NCBI RefSeq assembly: GCF_052425735.1
Contig: NC_135758.1
Location: forward strand, 36,580,001 to 36,644,000
Origin: Oculina patagonica
Lineage: Eukaryota
Direction of reading: 5' to 3'
DNA: 64,000 nt
Position numbers and translations under genes: made by a program. Below are positions 1-12,531 of the stretch, piece by piece (the first letter of the stretch is position 1; every line of letters begins with the position of its first letter). The notes beneath the pieces are model-generated. The model was not told where the DNA came from, made no database searches, and saw nothing but the letters and a program-made list of their open reading frames with translations.

Positions 1-599
1 TTTTTTTTCGTATCAACGAAAACCACTTTCGAATAATCAATACATGAAAATAACAATAAGATCAAAAGGAAGAAAGGAACCTTTCTAATTATTTGAAGAC
101 TTTCAAAGCCGTGATATTATGCATCCAATCCGCGATAAAATTTAATTACAACAAAATCCAAGTTCTCATTTTGAAGTCCATTTTTTTTAGTTGATACCTT
201 TATCCAACTTGTGAAAAATTCCATTCAAGTTCCTATTAATACTGTACATTCCCAATGTTTTGCTCAGGTCTTCAGAAGCGTCTTACTAACCAAATCTAAA
301 ATAATTCCAAAACATGCTGTACAAACATTCTACTCTTTGTGACAAACGACTTGACGACCAATTGTTCAGAAATGAAAATCGACACAGTTCTTGCTAAATA
401 AAAAAAAAGTTTTACGGCGGAGTCAGGCTCAAAAAATATACCGCAAGATCACACCCCCATTCATAGTCAGAAACCAGCAAACCATCTAGTTTGCTAAAAA
501 AAAACACTGCGTGACATCAATGACGTTACCTTTTTCATTTACAAAAATAACTTTAACTTGTCAAAGTAAGTGCAATTTCACAATGGTGAATATCATGTA

Positions 600-1649
600 C
601 AGTATGGGGCCCAGTTCTCGGCCGGGTCCAGTTCTCGGCCACTTTGTGTTTAACGCGTTTTTTCACACTCCAGTTGAATTAAAAGAAAAAGGTATTTCCT
701 TCAAACGATAGACTGATTCATGTGCTTTAAGTATCTTGAGTTTGATCGTTCAATTCGATATAGAAAGCTCACACGTCGAGTTTACGCGGAGGTAGGTGAA
801 TTTGCATTCCCGAAAAATTTGTTTGTTTACGGCTCCTTAAAATTCATGGATGTAGTTAAATTCGTATTTTATCCAAAAGCCCCCACCATACGAGCTAATT
901 TTTGGCATGTGAAACGTAGAATAATTCAGCTTTCTGCTTTAGTTAACTTTTCGTTGAACCGTTGTATTTTTTGGTCTTAATTTACTTCGAAAGTTTTTCT
1001 TGCGACGTTTGCGTATTTGCCAGTTCTCGGCCACCCTGCTCGCTATCACAGCTTAGCGCTTGGTTTTTAATATAATTTCATCTGCTGCTGCCAGAATGAA
1101 AGAAATAAATGTTTTAAAAATAAAGTTCAATCTTATCTCTAAGTTTTGAGCTAACTCTTGTCTTGTCTATTATTTCTACAACTCCTAAATCTTTCAAGAC
1201 CTTTTCACTGCAAAATAAACCATCTAAATGCACGGGTCACACAATGCGTTGCTAGAACCTGCACATAGGCAACTAGGCGCGTTAAAATCCTTCTTTTCTA
1301 AAGTAAAACAAAGCCTCATAAAAATAATTTGGGATCGATATAACATAAATAGGTTTACAGAGTGATTTTATGACTGTGAAAATTAATTGAGCATTTTTTT
1401 TACAGATAATTACGCACAAGCTTTTTAGTGGCCGAGAACTGGGCCAAGGTGGCCGAGAACTGGGCCCACAAATGGAGCTTTTATTTTTATTATTGCTCGG
1501 GCAAATTAATTTTTGACCGGTCGATAGCTTTACACCAAAAAGCTGAATAATGTAGCTAGCTCTGGGAGAAATTTCAAGTTCCTGCGGTTCTTCTGAGGTA
1601 AGAAATACAAGTTTACGTCAAAAGTGGCCGAGAACTGGGCCCCATACTG
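600..1649. mobile_element. Non-autonomous Tc1/mariner (pogo-like) DNA transposon
   Basis: 24-bp terminal inverted repeats CAGTATGGGGCCCAGTTCTCGGCC (600-623) and GGCCGAGAACTGGGCCCCATACTG (1626-1649); TA on both sides (598-599, 1650-1651); no transposase ORF. Confidence 0.85.
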
Positions 1650-2471
1650 TACTTTTCCCCGTAAGCTTTTTTCTCTGTCCTTCCGCCGAAGCAAAAAAAC
1701 ACAACCTGATTACACATTAACCCAAAAGTCGACCAAGTGTGCCTGCAACGATTTCCTGTCAAAACTAAAATGAAAACCATTGCGGTATGCGTCACCCATA
1801 GCGGTTTTGTAGCAACCCCAAGCTATCCCCGTCTTTTTGGCCGCGCCAGGAGACTATGCTCTAGGACGACCAAAGGGTAAACTATAAATCGGCCACGCCC
1901 GATTAATAAGGTTGTCATAGAAAAAAGGAAAAAGTCAGATAGGTATTAATTAAGCACATACATGAAATTTATTCGTACAAAAAGCCTTTAAATACAAATA
2001 TGAATAAGCAATTTATCTTGTTACAGCATAAAAAAGTGGACTCAAAGTGTGCAGATAGAAACCCAAAAAACTCGTGAGTTTTCTGTAAATACTACCAGTT
2101 ATAAAAATACGCTAATTAATTCCTATTAACCTTTTTCCTTTTTCTTTTTTCTATGGCAACGTTATTGCAATTAGGTGTATTTGAAGGAGCTAGAGTTTGC
2201 CATTGACGTCTTCGTCGTCTTTTAGTCAGTTTTAAAATACTTCACATCCAAGCCAATAGCTGTACGTGTCAAACGTTTACGTTTGAAAAACAGTTAGTCT
2301 TGTCTTTGTGCCTTAAAATTGCCACTTGATCGGCAGTTCATACTTGTTATAATTAAAACTAAAACAAATAAAAATCTAATCGTCGTTTAATTGCAAATTA
2401 AGTACGCTAAAGGTCCATTTGCTGTTTAGTGCTGGGACGTGACGGATTGTCGAACACACTGAAGTGAAAAA

Positions 2472-3896
2472 ATGGCTTGGACTTCAACTAACTCCTGGTC
2501 CAGGTCAACCTCCCCGACAAACTCTCCTTATCTAACCGAGGTGCCAACCATCCCGGACTATGCAATACCATTGGTGCCGCCAACAAGAAAACCGGACACT
2601 TTACTCCCCAAAATCAGCCTGGCTATTCGAGTTGTTCTCTTTGTTATCTGCTTAATGGAAAACAGCATCGCTATTTTTATTCTGTACAAGAGCATCAGGA
2701 AAGGAAGAAAAACGTTTGCTCGATGCACACTGATCAGTGTGGCGTGTGCAGATATTTTAAGCGCCCTTCTTTACTACCCGGCACAGTTTGTCTGGTTTTC
2801 TCATGGTGAATACGTTTGGCTCGTTAAAGGTCAGGCTGGAAATGTACTGTGCAAAATTTATGCCTTCCTCGCTCAAATTCCTGGCGAGGTTATTGTTCTT
2901 TGCTTGGTTGCTCTGGCGTGCGACGTGACCAGAAATTTGTCCACCAAAGGCCGAGGGGAACACACACAAAGATTCAGCGTCATTTTAATGGTTTTCGTTT
3001 GGATCATCGCTGCAGGCCTCTCGTTCATGTACATTTTTATATAATAATGAACAAGGTTGAAAACAAAAAGTGCGTCACTGATCCGGCTCAACAGATGACG
3101 AAGTTCATGATGGATTTAATTCACTCCTTTATGTTCGTGGCACCTGCTGACTTGATTCTGATGATTCTAAATCTTGTCATCTTTTGCCGAGTTAAGAGGA
3201 GAAAAAAGGAAATAGCTCGTCGCAAACGAGAGACGACGAGGGCTGGAAAAATGAAAGTTCGACGCCAAAAGAAGCGGATCAGAGACGTGAGAAACGACAA
3301 AGTTGTGCAGTTCACAGACGAAGCTCGGGAGATGCTGTCAAGCAAAAGCTCTGAGCCTGGTGGAGAAGTTTTCGCTGCCGAAAGCAGCAACACTGAAACC
3401 TTTATTGAGATGTCCACTGAATCTAACAAAGGCAGCGATACTAGTGACGTCGCTGTTGGCGAAGAAGATGCTTCAAGCAGTACCGATCAGTCTGTAGTAG
3501 AGGTAAAGTCTCGAAATGACACAAGAAGAGGCGAAGATCGAGAGTGCAACATCGTTTCTTTTCGTCATCATATCAATAATCTTGCTGATTTTGCTGTACA
3601 TTTGTGAAGGTCCTGAAGGTCGTCGGTGCAGCGAGTATGTGTTTTTTGCCATTCAGATCGCGGTGGACATCTATGCAGCTATCAAACCTGGTATTTACCC
3701 TATTACTGATAAGGAATTCAGAGAGAGATACAAACAGTTTCTCTCTTCGCCTGCTGCTGTTTTAGGCAGATACGATGCCACACAGTGCCGCAACAAGTGG
3801 GAACTACAAGCAGTCTTTCTGGCCAAGAAGGCGGTGTGTGAACACAGAGTAGCGGACTCATCCTGGAGTGCACTCCTAAGTACACTGTCCAGTTAA
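2472..3896 (+). CDS. Intronless class A-like 7TM receptor, frameshifted at about 3034-3045 and about 3513-3516 (assembly error or recent pseudogene)
   Basis: Three overlapping ORFs join into TM1-4 (ENS in TM1, SVACAD in TM2, Cys at the start of TM3, VWI in TM4), then ECL2 Cys, TM5 and a long ICL3, then TM6-7 (KPGIY) and helix 8 (KEFRERYKQF). Confidence 0.75.
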
Positions 3897-4642
3897 ACTC
3901 TCGCCCAAGAAATGAACTCTAAAAACAGCTAAGGTTCTTGTAGCAAATCGCTCCCCGGGATTAGAAACTGATTTTCGCCCTGGAACGAATCAAAAGTCAC
4001 AGCTAACCATAATCAAAACTTCACTTGCCTACCAATTGTGTATGCAAGGGGCCTAAAAGATGTTTACGACTATAAATATAATTTAAATGCAGCGGTAGGT
4101 GAACACACATTATCACAATTGAAAGTCATTTTTACCATTAATTGCCATGTTGCTTTCCTTCATGTACACAGGTGTGTGCGCCTAAAATGATTAAAGTGAA
4201 AACGTTTAAAAAAGATAAACAAAATGCTTTTTTGATGTCTTCAAACTGTAAGAGTTTACATTAAAATTGAACAATTCATGCATATGTTTTCTCAGTTGGC
4301 AATCTTCCTTGCGTTAATTATAACACAGAGTATGTGTTTTCACAGAGTATGTGTTTGTGGAAAACTGAAAGGCGGGTTTCGCTTAATTATGATAGTTTGC
4401 TGAATAATGCTTTTTGGCTTCCCAGGAAATGAGCTGCCTGGTAATGCCATTTACTTCTCTGATATGTAACATGAAACCTGATTGCTTGGTCATTTTCGAG
4501 GCGTCCTCTTTACCTAAGAGATGAGTCACCGTTTATTAATGGGCACGACAGTTGCTATTATTAATTAACCACGCACGCAGTTTTTGCTCTACTCGTGGTT
4601 CCGTCTTGTCAATTGTTATTCCCAATCGTTCAACTCGTCGGC

Positions 4643-4697
4643 CCAGACTCGTACCCAGCCGCTTCTCTCGATTTTTAACGACTGGGTACGAGTCTGG
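4643..4697. mobile_element. Miniature palindromic element
   Basis: CCAGACTCGTACCCAG (4643-4658) and CTGGGTACGAGTCTGG (4682-4697) are perfect 16-bp inverted repeats around a short spacer. Confidence 0.65.
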
Positions 4698-5060
4698 CTT
4701 CGGCCGTGCTTTGAATCACGCATTCAGTTGTTTATTCGTCAAGCTCTTGCAAGCGCTATTGAATCATTGACCTATCATTGGCCAAAATTTATAAATAAAC
4801 ACTGTTATTCATAGAATGTGTTGACGTTACAACTTTCCGATCTTTGCGATTATTATTAATATTATTATTATTCTCTTGACCTGTTAAAATCGACGACAGT
4901 TTTTGATTGCGAGTCAAAAATTGAACAATTGTGGTGCTACGAAATCGCGTAACGTTTTTGGGAGTAAATAATACTACTTAATTAACCGGGTGGGGGTCTG
5001 GTGCCCCCCGGTTCATAATCTACCTTCGGGGTTTTTTTGTCGTCGTTTTTTTTTTGTCGA

Positions 5061-6264
5061 TAGGGCATTGAAGGTCACGCATGTTGATTGGCTTAAAACA
5101 GGTCATCTTTCATCACCCACTTGAAATTGCTTCGATGGGGGGAGGGGAATGGGACGGAGGAAGTGTTTTAAATCACTTGCCACTTGAGGGATTAAAATTA
5201 CGTGCGTTATACGCGTTTTCCTTGTGTTTAACTCAACAAGGAATCCTTGCTTGGAACGCAGAGCAACATAGAACTGCTGGGCAGTTAGAAATGACCAGTA
5301 CGAGATATAAATGAAAGAGACACGTTATATGTTATGGGTTTTAGTAGTAGAAAGAAAAAAAAAAACTCTAATATCTCTTTCTTCAAAGTCTTCATAGCGA
5401 TCAAAGCGCCTTTGACCTTTAATTCTGACAGCAAAGTATCGTATATCGGCTGTCACGCTTCAACATAACGCACTTCTCGTTTTGTAAGTAGGGCATTGAA
5501 GGTCACGCGTGTTGATCATCTTTCATCACCATCTTGAAATTGCCTGGATGAAGAAAGGGGAATGGGACGGCACTAATTTCGCTACACGCCACTAATTTCG
5601 TCATGGGCTCCTGATATGTGCTTTAATACCCATACTTGCCACTTGATAGATTAAAATCACGTGCGTTATAAGCATTTTGCATGTGTTTAACACAACAAGG
5701 AATCATCGCTTGGACCACAAAGCAGAATAGAGCCGGTTAGAAATGAGCAGTATGAGGTATAAATGAAAGAGACATATATTTTATGAGTTTTAGTAGAAGA
5801 AAGAAGACATCTCAGACATCTCTACATTCAAAAGCGATCAAAGCAGGAGACCTAATATCGTATATATTGGATGTCACGCTTCAACATAACGCACTTCTTC
5901 GACAAAAGGAATTACAAACTCTACTGGGTCTGTCTATAAAACCTTAGGCTTTCTTGTTAGACAAAGATTTTTTTGCATGTGTTTAACACAACAAGGAATC
6001 CTCGCTTGGACCACAAAGCAGAATAGAGCCGGTTAGAAATGAGCAGTATGAGGTATAAATGAAAGAGACATATATTTTATGAGTTTTAGTAGAAGAAAGA
6101 AGACATCTCAGACATCTCTACATTCAAAAGCGATCAAAGCAGGAGACCTAATATCGTATATATTGGATGTCACGCTTCAACATAACGCCCTTCTTCGATA
6201 AAAGGAATTACAAACGCTACTGGGTCTGTCTATAAAACCTTAGGCTTTCTTGTTAGACAAAGAT
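5061..6264 (+). repeat. Tandem duplications: diverged about 430-bp pair plus near-identical about 295-bp pair
   Basis: TAGGGCATTGAAGGTCACGC starts at 5061 and 5489; about 5675-5968 is repeated almost exactly at about 5971-6264. Confidence 0.85.
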
Positions 6265-7754
6265 GTGGTTAAACATTAACCACTCGGTTTCAAGCTATTA
6301 AGTAGCTTCTTGTTATGAATTTTTATAAGCAGAAATACGGTAAAAAATTTTGAAGCGCGATAAAAACTTCTAAGAAGTTCTTGTTGCAGAATAAATTGAG
6401 TGTTGAGGGCCGGTTCCACGCTACGCACTTGCGGGATATCAGGGTTTTCGAATGAAATTGTAGGATGAAATGTGGTTAACAACAAGACGAAAATATTTCA
6501 CATTATCACCCCAAATTCCGATTTTACCACAACAAAAAAACACATGACCCGTTCGTTTGCTTCAAATTGGTCCATTATAGTAAACAGGTTAAGCTAAACC
6601 AAGTAAAGTGTTTAAACAAGCTAAGTTTGTTTGAAAGTGCGATTTTCCGAAAATTTAAAAAAAATTGTAAAATAAATAAATGTTCAGTAAAAGAACAAGC
6701 TGACTTGAAATTGAACGACCATTTGTATAATTGCCAGAGAGAACAAAGTTACTAGCATAAAGAATTTTTGTTGACTATGTTTTTTTTCTTTGGGATGGAA
6801 GGGGGTACCCGGTACTTAAATTTAACGAGTATTAAATTTGACCGAGACAAATTTTAGCGAGTACTCATTTTAGCGATTTTCGTCCAACTCGCTACAATCG
6901 TTAAAATTTAGTAGCCGCCAACAATAGAAACCGGCTTAAGGTATACTTCAGGTCCATTAAGGTTGTTTATGTAGAAGCAAATTTTGGGATTATTTAAAAA
7001 ATAGATTTCTTAGTAGTACCTGCTCGTGTTTTAATTATATCTACTCATCTGCGGAAAACATGGATTTCATGAAGTGTGAACTCGCGTTACAACTAGGTGA
7101 GAACTCACGTCACAGATTACTTTAAAGTAACCTTTCAAGGAGTCAAGAATTTTACGCACAATTTTACAAGTGCTCGCATGCTCGGTTTTTAGTGGAGGTA
7201 GGTTTTTGAAAAGTGCTCGTTGCTCGCAAGGCTAATTTTTGTCAATGCTCGTGCTCGCAAAGAAAAACGCTGTGCTCGCATGCTCGCAAATGCTCGCAAA
7301 GACCATTTGATACCCCTCTTTCAGTTTTATTTACTTTTGCGTAGCCGCTAAACGGTCACTCATATTTAACTTATCAAAAGGAATCCTTGTTTCAACCTTA
7401 TTGTATCTTTACCTTTTAAATAATTTCGGTTAACCGCTGTTGTAAACTTTAAAATTTAGGCAACACGTACACTTTAGAAAAGATATTTATCTAGCTTAAA
7501 ATCTGCTTTCTATTGTAGCTTATTGTGAAACTTATTGCTTTCCGCAAGAGATGTTTTCAGCTGCGAAAATGCAAGATAACTAATTTTGCCGAAACGAACT
7601 ATTTGATTAAGTTGTGGAAACTTTCCCTCTTTTACAGCTCAACCTCGCATATTAATAAGTTTTACAGATCTCATTAAAACCAAATTTCGCTTGCAAGAAT
7701 TGACACCTCTCAAAAAACACCTCTCAAAAAACACTTCTCAAGTCCGTTAATGAT

Positions 7755-7912
7755 TTCAAAGTGTCCGTTGTCCGTCTTAAGAGGTGTCCGTCTTATAGGG
7801 AGTTTAGTTACAGTAAAATGACTGAAAAACGGCAGGAACCATCAACAGGTGCCCGTCTTATGGAGGTGTCCGTCTTATAGGGGTCTCCGTTAAGAGAGAG
7901 AGAGTTGTCTGT
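7755..7912. mobile_element. pogo/Tigger-like MITE fragment
   Basis: Repeated GTGTCCGTCTTA motif ending in GAGAGTTGTCTG-TA; a related end TACAGTCAACTCTC occurs at about 9042. Confidence 0.5.
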
Positions 7913-8060
7913 ATGCATTTTAGCGCGCGCAAATTCACCACTTCGGCTTTAGATTTCACGTGTAGTGTCACGCAGTGTCACGTGACTTTTTTGTTAAACA
8001 AAGACCGAAAGTTCGGACAACTGTCGAACATATTTGTATAGTGGGTAGTATACAAACAGA

Positions 8061-8298
8061 ATGTCCACGACTAAAAGATGTGCTTATTGTGCTTGCAAAA
8101 ACGATTCCCGATATCATGAATCCTGGGTAATAAACCTAAACGGCGATTAAGTCAAGTTCTTCCATTTTCTGGCGCAACTAGACAGAACGAGAGAAGGTAA
8201 AAAGAATGTCATGGGCATGTCATGGCGATTTGGTACTCGTTCGTGTGTACAAAGTATAGTTAGTTTATAGTCTACATTTTGTCGGTGGAAATGGTCCA
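8061..8298 (+). pseudogene. Degraded THAP-domain N-terminus of a DNA transposase
   Basis: Manual translation MSTTKRCAYCACKNDSRY...*VKFFHF, then after frameshifts FVCTK...SLHFVGGNGP; fits a THAP-like C-x-C ... F.FP ... (C)SLHF pattern, with stops. Confidence 0.6.
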
Positions 8299-8299
8299 A

Positions 8300-8677
8300 G
8301 CCCGAAAGGGGTACCTTTTTCAGGCTTCAGGGATATAAAAGGATAGGGATTTCACGAGTTTAAGTATATGAAAGGGTATAGAAATCTGTCATTTGGCTAT
8401 TTAAAAGGGCCTTTAATTAAAATATTTCGAACAGACGCAATTTACGGCTGTATTATTTTAATTTATTAAGCGTTACATAAACATGACAAGAAAACGTCCT
8501 ATTTTAAGTCCACGCCATGTCTCTTAGGTATATGAAAGGGGTCCCTTTTTTTCAGTTAAAGGTATACGAAAGGGGTACAATTTCTGTCAAAAATGGTATA
8601 TAAAAGGGTAAGGGGTTAGAACTTGGGGCGGAGCCTCCCCGTATAAAACTTTTTTAAGTATCCCCCCCCCCCCGGGG
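8300..8677. mobile_element. MITE fragment with AAAGGGGTA repeats and a CCCCGGGG end
   Basis: Repeated (T)AAAGGGGTA(C) motifs; ends in GGGCGGAGCCTCCCCGTATAAAAC...CCCCCCGGGG. Confidence 0.5.
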
Positions 8678-9830
8678 AGAGAGACTGTTTCAATATTGTT
8701 AGTTACTGTTTAATTTTTGCAACCAGATTTGAAAACCATTTTGCATTGTCAGTGCACGTGCGCTTTAAAAACCTTTCGGCCTTTCCTTCTGCACTATTTG
8801 TAAAAACGCTTCCTTCAAGGTAATTCGTGATTTTTTTCTGTAGCGTTTTCTTTCTAGTGAGCCATTTTCACCCCCCTCCCATTCACTCCATTTTTGGGGC
8901 AGCCCCCCCCCCCTTTTGTGCCAATTGTTTGGGGTGACCCCAAATCCCACCACCCTCCCAATGCTCATAAAAAAGAACGGTCCCTTAGTATTTCGTCTTC
9001 GAGAATTGATTAATAAATGACGTACTAGAGGAAAAACCTGATACAGTCAACTCTCGTTATAGCGGACACGCTCGGGGCGTCGTTTAGTGTCCGTTATAGC
9101 GAGAGTTCGTAATCATCACAGGCTGACAGAGTCGACTTTAAGACATCATACTAGATCGACTGAATAATCGTTTTATAAAAAGGCAACCATTGGATGAGAA
9201 GTAGTCATTACATTACCAACAGATCCATTATCTTTCAAGGAAGCTTTTATTTTCACCATCTATTTCGGGTCACTGTTCCATTTATAGTATATGAGCTGAT
9301 AGCCTTCATAGATGATGTGTCAAATTTTATGACGATTATGATAATATTTCTAAAAGCAATCTAAAGCGCACGCTTTCGTCTAACCTACGCTGCATATATT
9401 AAGTCAAATGAACATCTTTTGTGCATTTACTGTAAGCAGCATCAATTGCGCTAATTGAAATGATTACTGTGCATTCAATATACAGCCTAGGTAACTAAGA
9501 AATCCATTAATGGAGTGGTAAAGCAGGCTTCATTGACGAGATCAGCGTGAAAAAAACAAGTTAATTTTTCCTGTTCTTGTTAATTGACGGGCCGAACCTC
9601 AATTCGCAGCACTCACTCTTCAAGAAAATAGCGCGCCTTGTCCTTGAGATATTCAAGAAGGTATACTACGATAATGAGGAGTTAATGTGCGATATATGAA
9701 CTCGTAACAGCTTGTAAAGGCATATGAATTTCCTCTTTTGACACCTTTTACCGCACTCGACTTTAGCCTGACTACAGAAGTCCAGAAAGTATTCTCGACT
9801 CGCACTGCCGGTATACCAGGGAAGGTCAGT

Positions 9831-10844
9831 ATGAATTCCAGTCTCACCCAAGACTTCAAATCCCGTATCTTCGTCATCAACGGGGCCATACTGCTCTTAT
9901 TCGCAGTGCTGATATCGATTTCTAATGGTTTACTCCTGTTCGTGATATACAAAGATCCGTTAAAAACATTTCGCAACGCGACCGCCGTCCTCGTCATTTC
10001 GTTGGGCGTTGCTGACTTTCTAACAGGCTGTGTTACCGCTGTAGATGTAGGAATATCACACATCCTGGAAGGACTCGCCATTCAGAAAGTCATGCTTCAG
10101 GCTAAAATCATTTCGCAGGTAACCGTGCGCGCAAGTGTTTACATCTTGATCATGTTCGCAGTGGAGCGCTTCGTAGCAGTAGCCTTCCCGTTCGTTTATC
10201 GTGCCTCTGTCACCATCCGAAAGACCGTCTTCGGCTGCGCGTTGTGTTGGGTGTTAGCCATCGTTACGAGTTGTCTGGAGTTAGCAGTCCAGCAAGATTT
10301 GTACGATGTTGTCTTTTTCTACACCACGTTTGTCCTTCCTCTTGTTACGATGTGTTTCACTTATTGTGCGACCTATTGCTTGATGAAGAGAAAGGCTGAA
10401 AGGCTTCATCGACACGGCAGCTTACAACGCGGAGAAAGTGGACGGTACAAATATCGAGAGCGTGGCTCAGTGAGAAAGGAGAAAATGTCCAAACAATCGG
10501 CCGAACTGCAAAAGCAACTGATGAAAACCGCCTCTCTGATAATCCTTGTTTTCGTCCTGTCTCTTGTTCCATTTTGGTCGTTTACTGCCATACGTCGGTA
10601 TTGCAAGGAGTGCTCTGAGCAAAGATGGTTTATTGCAGGCTACCGATTTTCTATTCCGATTCTGTATAGTAATTCTGCACTTAACCCGTTGTTATATGCC
10701 TGGAGGATGCGGCCGTATCGTCGAAGCTTTCAAGCTTTGTTTGGGAGGAAAAGAAATCGTGGTAGGAGAGAAAGCAGAGAGAGCGCGGAGCCAAGAGAGA
10801 GCTTTGTGATCGTCAATAATTTTATTGATGAGACAAAATTGTAA
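9831..10844 (+). CDS. Intronless rhodopsin-like (class A) GPCR, 337 aa
   Basis: First ATG at 9831; seven hydrophobic segments; SNGL (TM1), SLGVADFL (TM2), ERF (DRY equivalent), CW (TM4), SLVP (TM6), NSALNPLLY (TM7), YRRSF helix 8. Confidence 0.93.
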   Translation: MNSSLTQDFKSRIFVINGAILLLFAVLISISNGLLLFVIYKDPLKTFRNATAVLVISLGVADFLTGCVTAVDVGISHILEGLAIQKVMLQAKIISQVTVRASVYILIMFAVERFVAVAFPFVYRASVTIRKTVFGCALCWVLAIVTSCLELAVQQDLYDVVFFYTTFVLPLVTMCFTYCATYCLMKRKAERLHRHGSLQRGESGRYKYRERGSVRKEKMSKQSAELQKQLMKTASLIILVFVLSLVPFWSFTAIRRYCKECSEQRWFIAGYRFSIPILYSNSALNPLLYAWRMRPYRRSFQALFGRKRNRGRRESRESAEPRESFVIVNNFIDETKL

Positions 10845-11342
10845 GTTAAAGTCGTCGAACGAATTGTAGGCTGTCGTGCGAAAGACTTCCCCAGAATTCA
10901 TAACACTAGCGTTTTAAACTTAACTGACAGGTGCGCCAAAGTACGTTATTAAAACACGTTTCTTAAGTAAAATTGTAAGTGCTTGGGACATGACGTGTAA
11001 ATGGGCCATTAGAAATTGAGCTGAAACCAAGCAACCCTGAGAAGCAGGAAATTTGAAAAACTAATTCATTTTGTTTAAAAGGCACACACCGATAAAAAAA
11101 ACTTTAATTGAAATGTTAATGTATTAGGTTTTTTTCTCGCTATACGTCAAAAAGCGATGTTTATATTTTCTGTAACTTTGTCATTTAGGAATGAGGGACA
11201 ATATTAAAATGAGATTTGTTCTTTTTACTGTAATTTCAGATGCATCGCTAGTAGTACAAATACACGGCTGGGTTTACGGACAAAAGTTGATTTCTAAATT
11301 GGCGAAATGAGTACACACAAGACATTGCGACACAATCATAAT

Positions 11343-12118
11343 CAGGCGCGTAGCTGAAGTTTTTGTAAGGGTGTTCGTATTGACAGGAATATTTATTAAG
11401 GGGGGTTATTTAATACGAGCGCCGAAGGCGCGAGCCTCTAGGGGGATCTGGGGGCATGTCCCCCCAGAATATTTTGAATCTAGAGGCCCGGAAATGCTAT
11501 TTTCAGCATTGTGTACGTCAATATTTCAAACTCGATGGAGTGTAAAATAACAGGTATTTTTAGTCATAACAACAATATTTCCGGCGTTTTGTTAACTTGA
11601 TACATTCATACATACATACCGGCTTAGTACACTAAACGTTTTACAAAGGCTTGATGTGTGCTGCAAAGGTTAAGCCCCCACCCCGGCTCCACCTTCAATG
11701 TACTAAAAGCGGCGTCAAATCGTCAATATGCACTAAATACACCATAGTTAGTACTAACTATGAATGCACGTATCACCTGGGTCCCCCGAAATTGTAATCC
11801 CCGCATTTTGTTTATTGATACTCCATTTATCAAATCCCGGACGCCTGTTAAGGAAATACTTTTTCAGCAATGGGATTATTTTGACTACATATAATACTAG
11901 GGCACTAAGATCCATTCTCCTAACAATTTAATACTTTCCCGATACTTTTAGCGTTTTCGTGCAGGGTAATTTAAAAGCTGCAACTCTCAAAGTTTGTTTT
12001 ACATTCCCCCCCTATTTGCTAAAAGCTGAAAATCAACAGTTTGTGTTTTCGGTCCTCCATTATTGACCTCCAAAGGGGGTTCGTTCGAACCCCTCGAACC
12101 CCCCCTCCTACGCGCCTG
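11343..12118. mobile_element. Non-autonomous hAT-like element with 5-bp TSD
   Basis: TIRs CAGGCGCGTAG and CTACGCGCCTG; ATAAT duplicated on both flanks. Confidence 0.7.
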
Positions 12119-12220
12119 ATAATAGCAGCAAGCTTTTTGTCTCTAGTTTGTCTCTAACTTATCTCTCGAGGTTAAATTCGACATGTTGATAGCCAAGCTT
12201 AGATGCATGCCAAGCTTTAA

Positions 12221-12531
12221 AGGGACTATGTCACGGATTTTAACAGATTTTTGAACAGCCAAAATTTATGTTTTTGTCGTAGGAAACTTAAAAATAATGG
12301 TCAATTTGTATAAACAATTGCTATTTTAGAGCACTAAATCTGTTAAAAAGCACGTTTGGCCTGTGGATAACTCGGATGGATATTTTATAGCCGAAGTTTG
12401 ATTGCTATCCCCAAATAAAGGTTATATCTTCAGTTAAGTGTTCAAAGAATTTTTTTCATGGGTAAAGTTGCCTGCCACTTATTTCAGAACAGTTTAGACC
12501 AAAAATAGGCGAACTCTCTGACATAGTCCCT
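12221..12531. mobile_element. Kolobok-like MITE
   Basis: TTAA-AGGGACTATGTCA ... TGACATAGTCCCT-ATAA; same TIR family as 40665-40995. Confidence 0.7.

Noticed and set aside
9738-9830. N-terminal extension of the second GPCR
   Set aside because: Starts at TTG; the first ATG at 9831 gives a typical MNSS glycosylation-site start.
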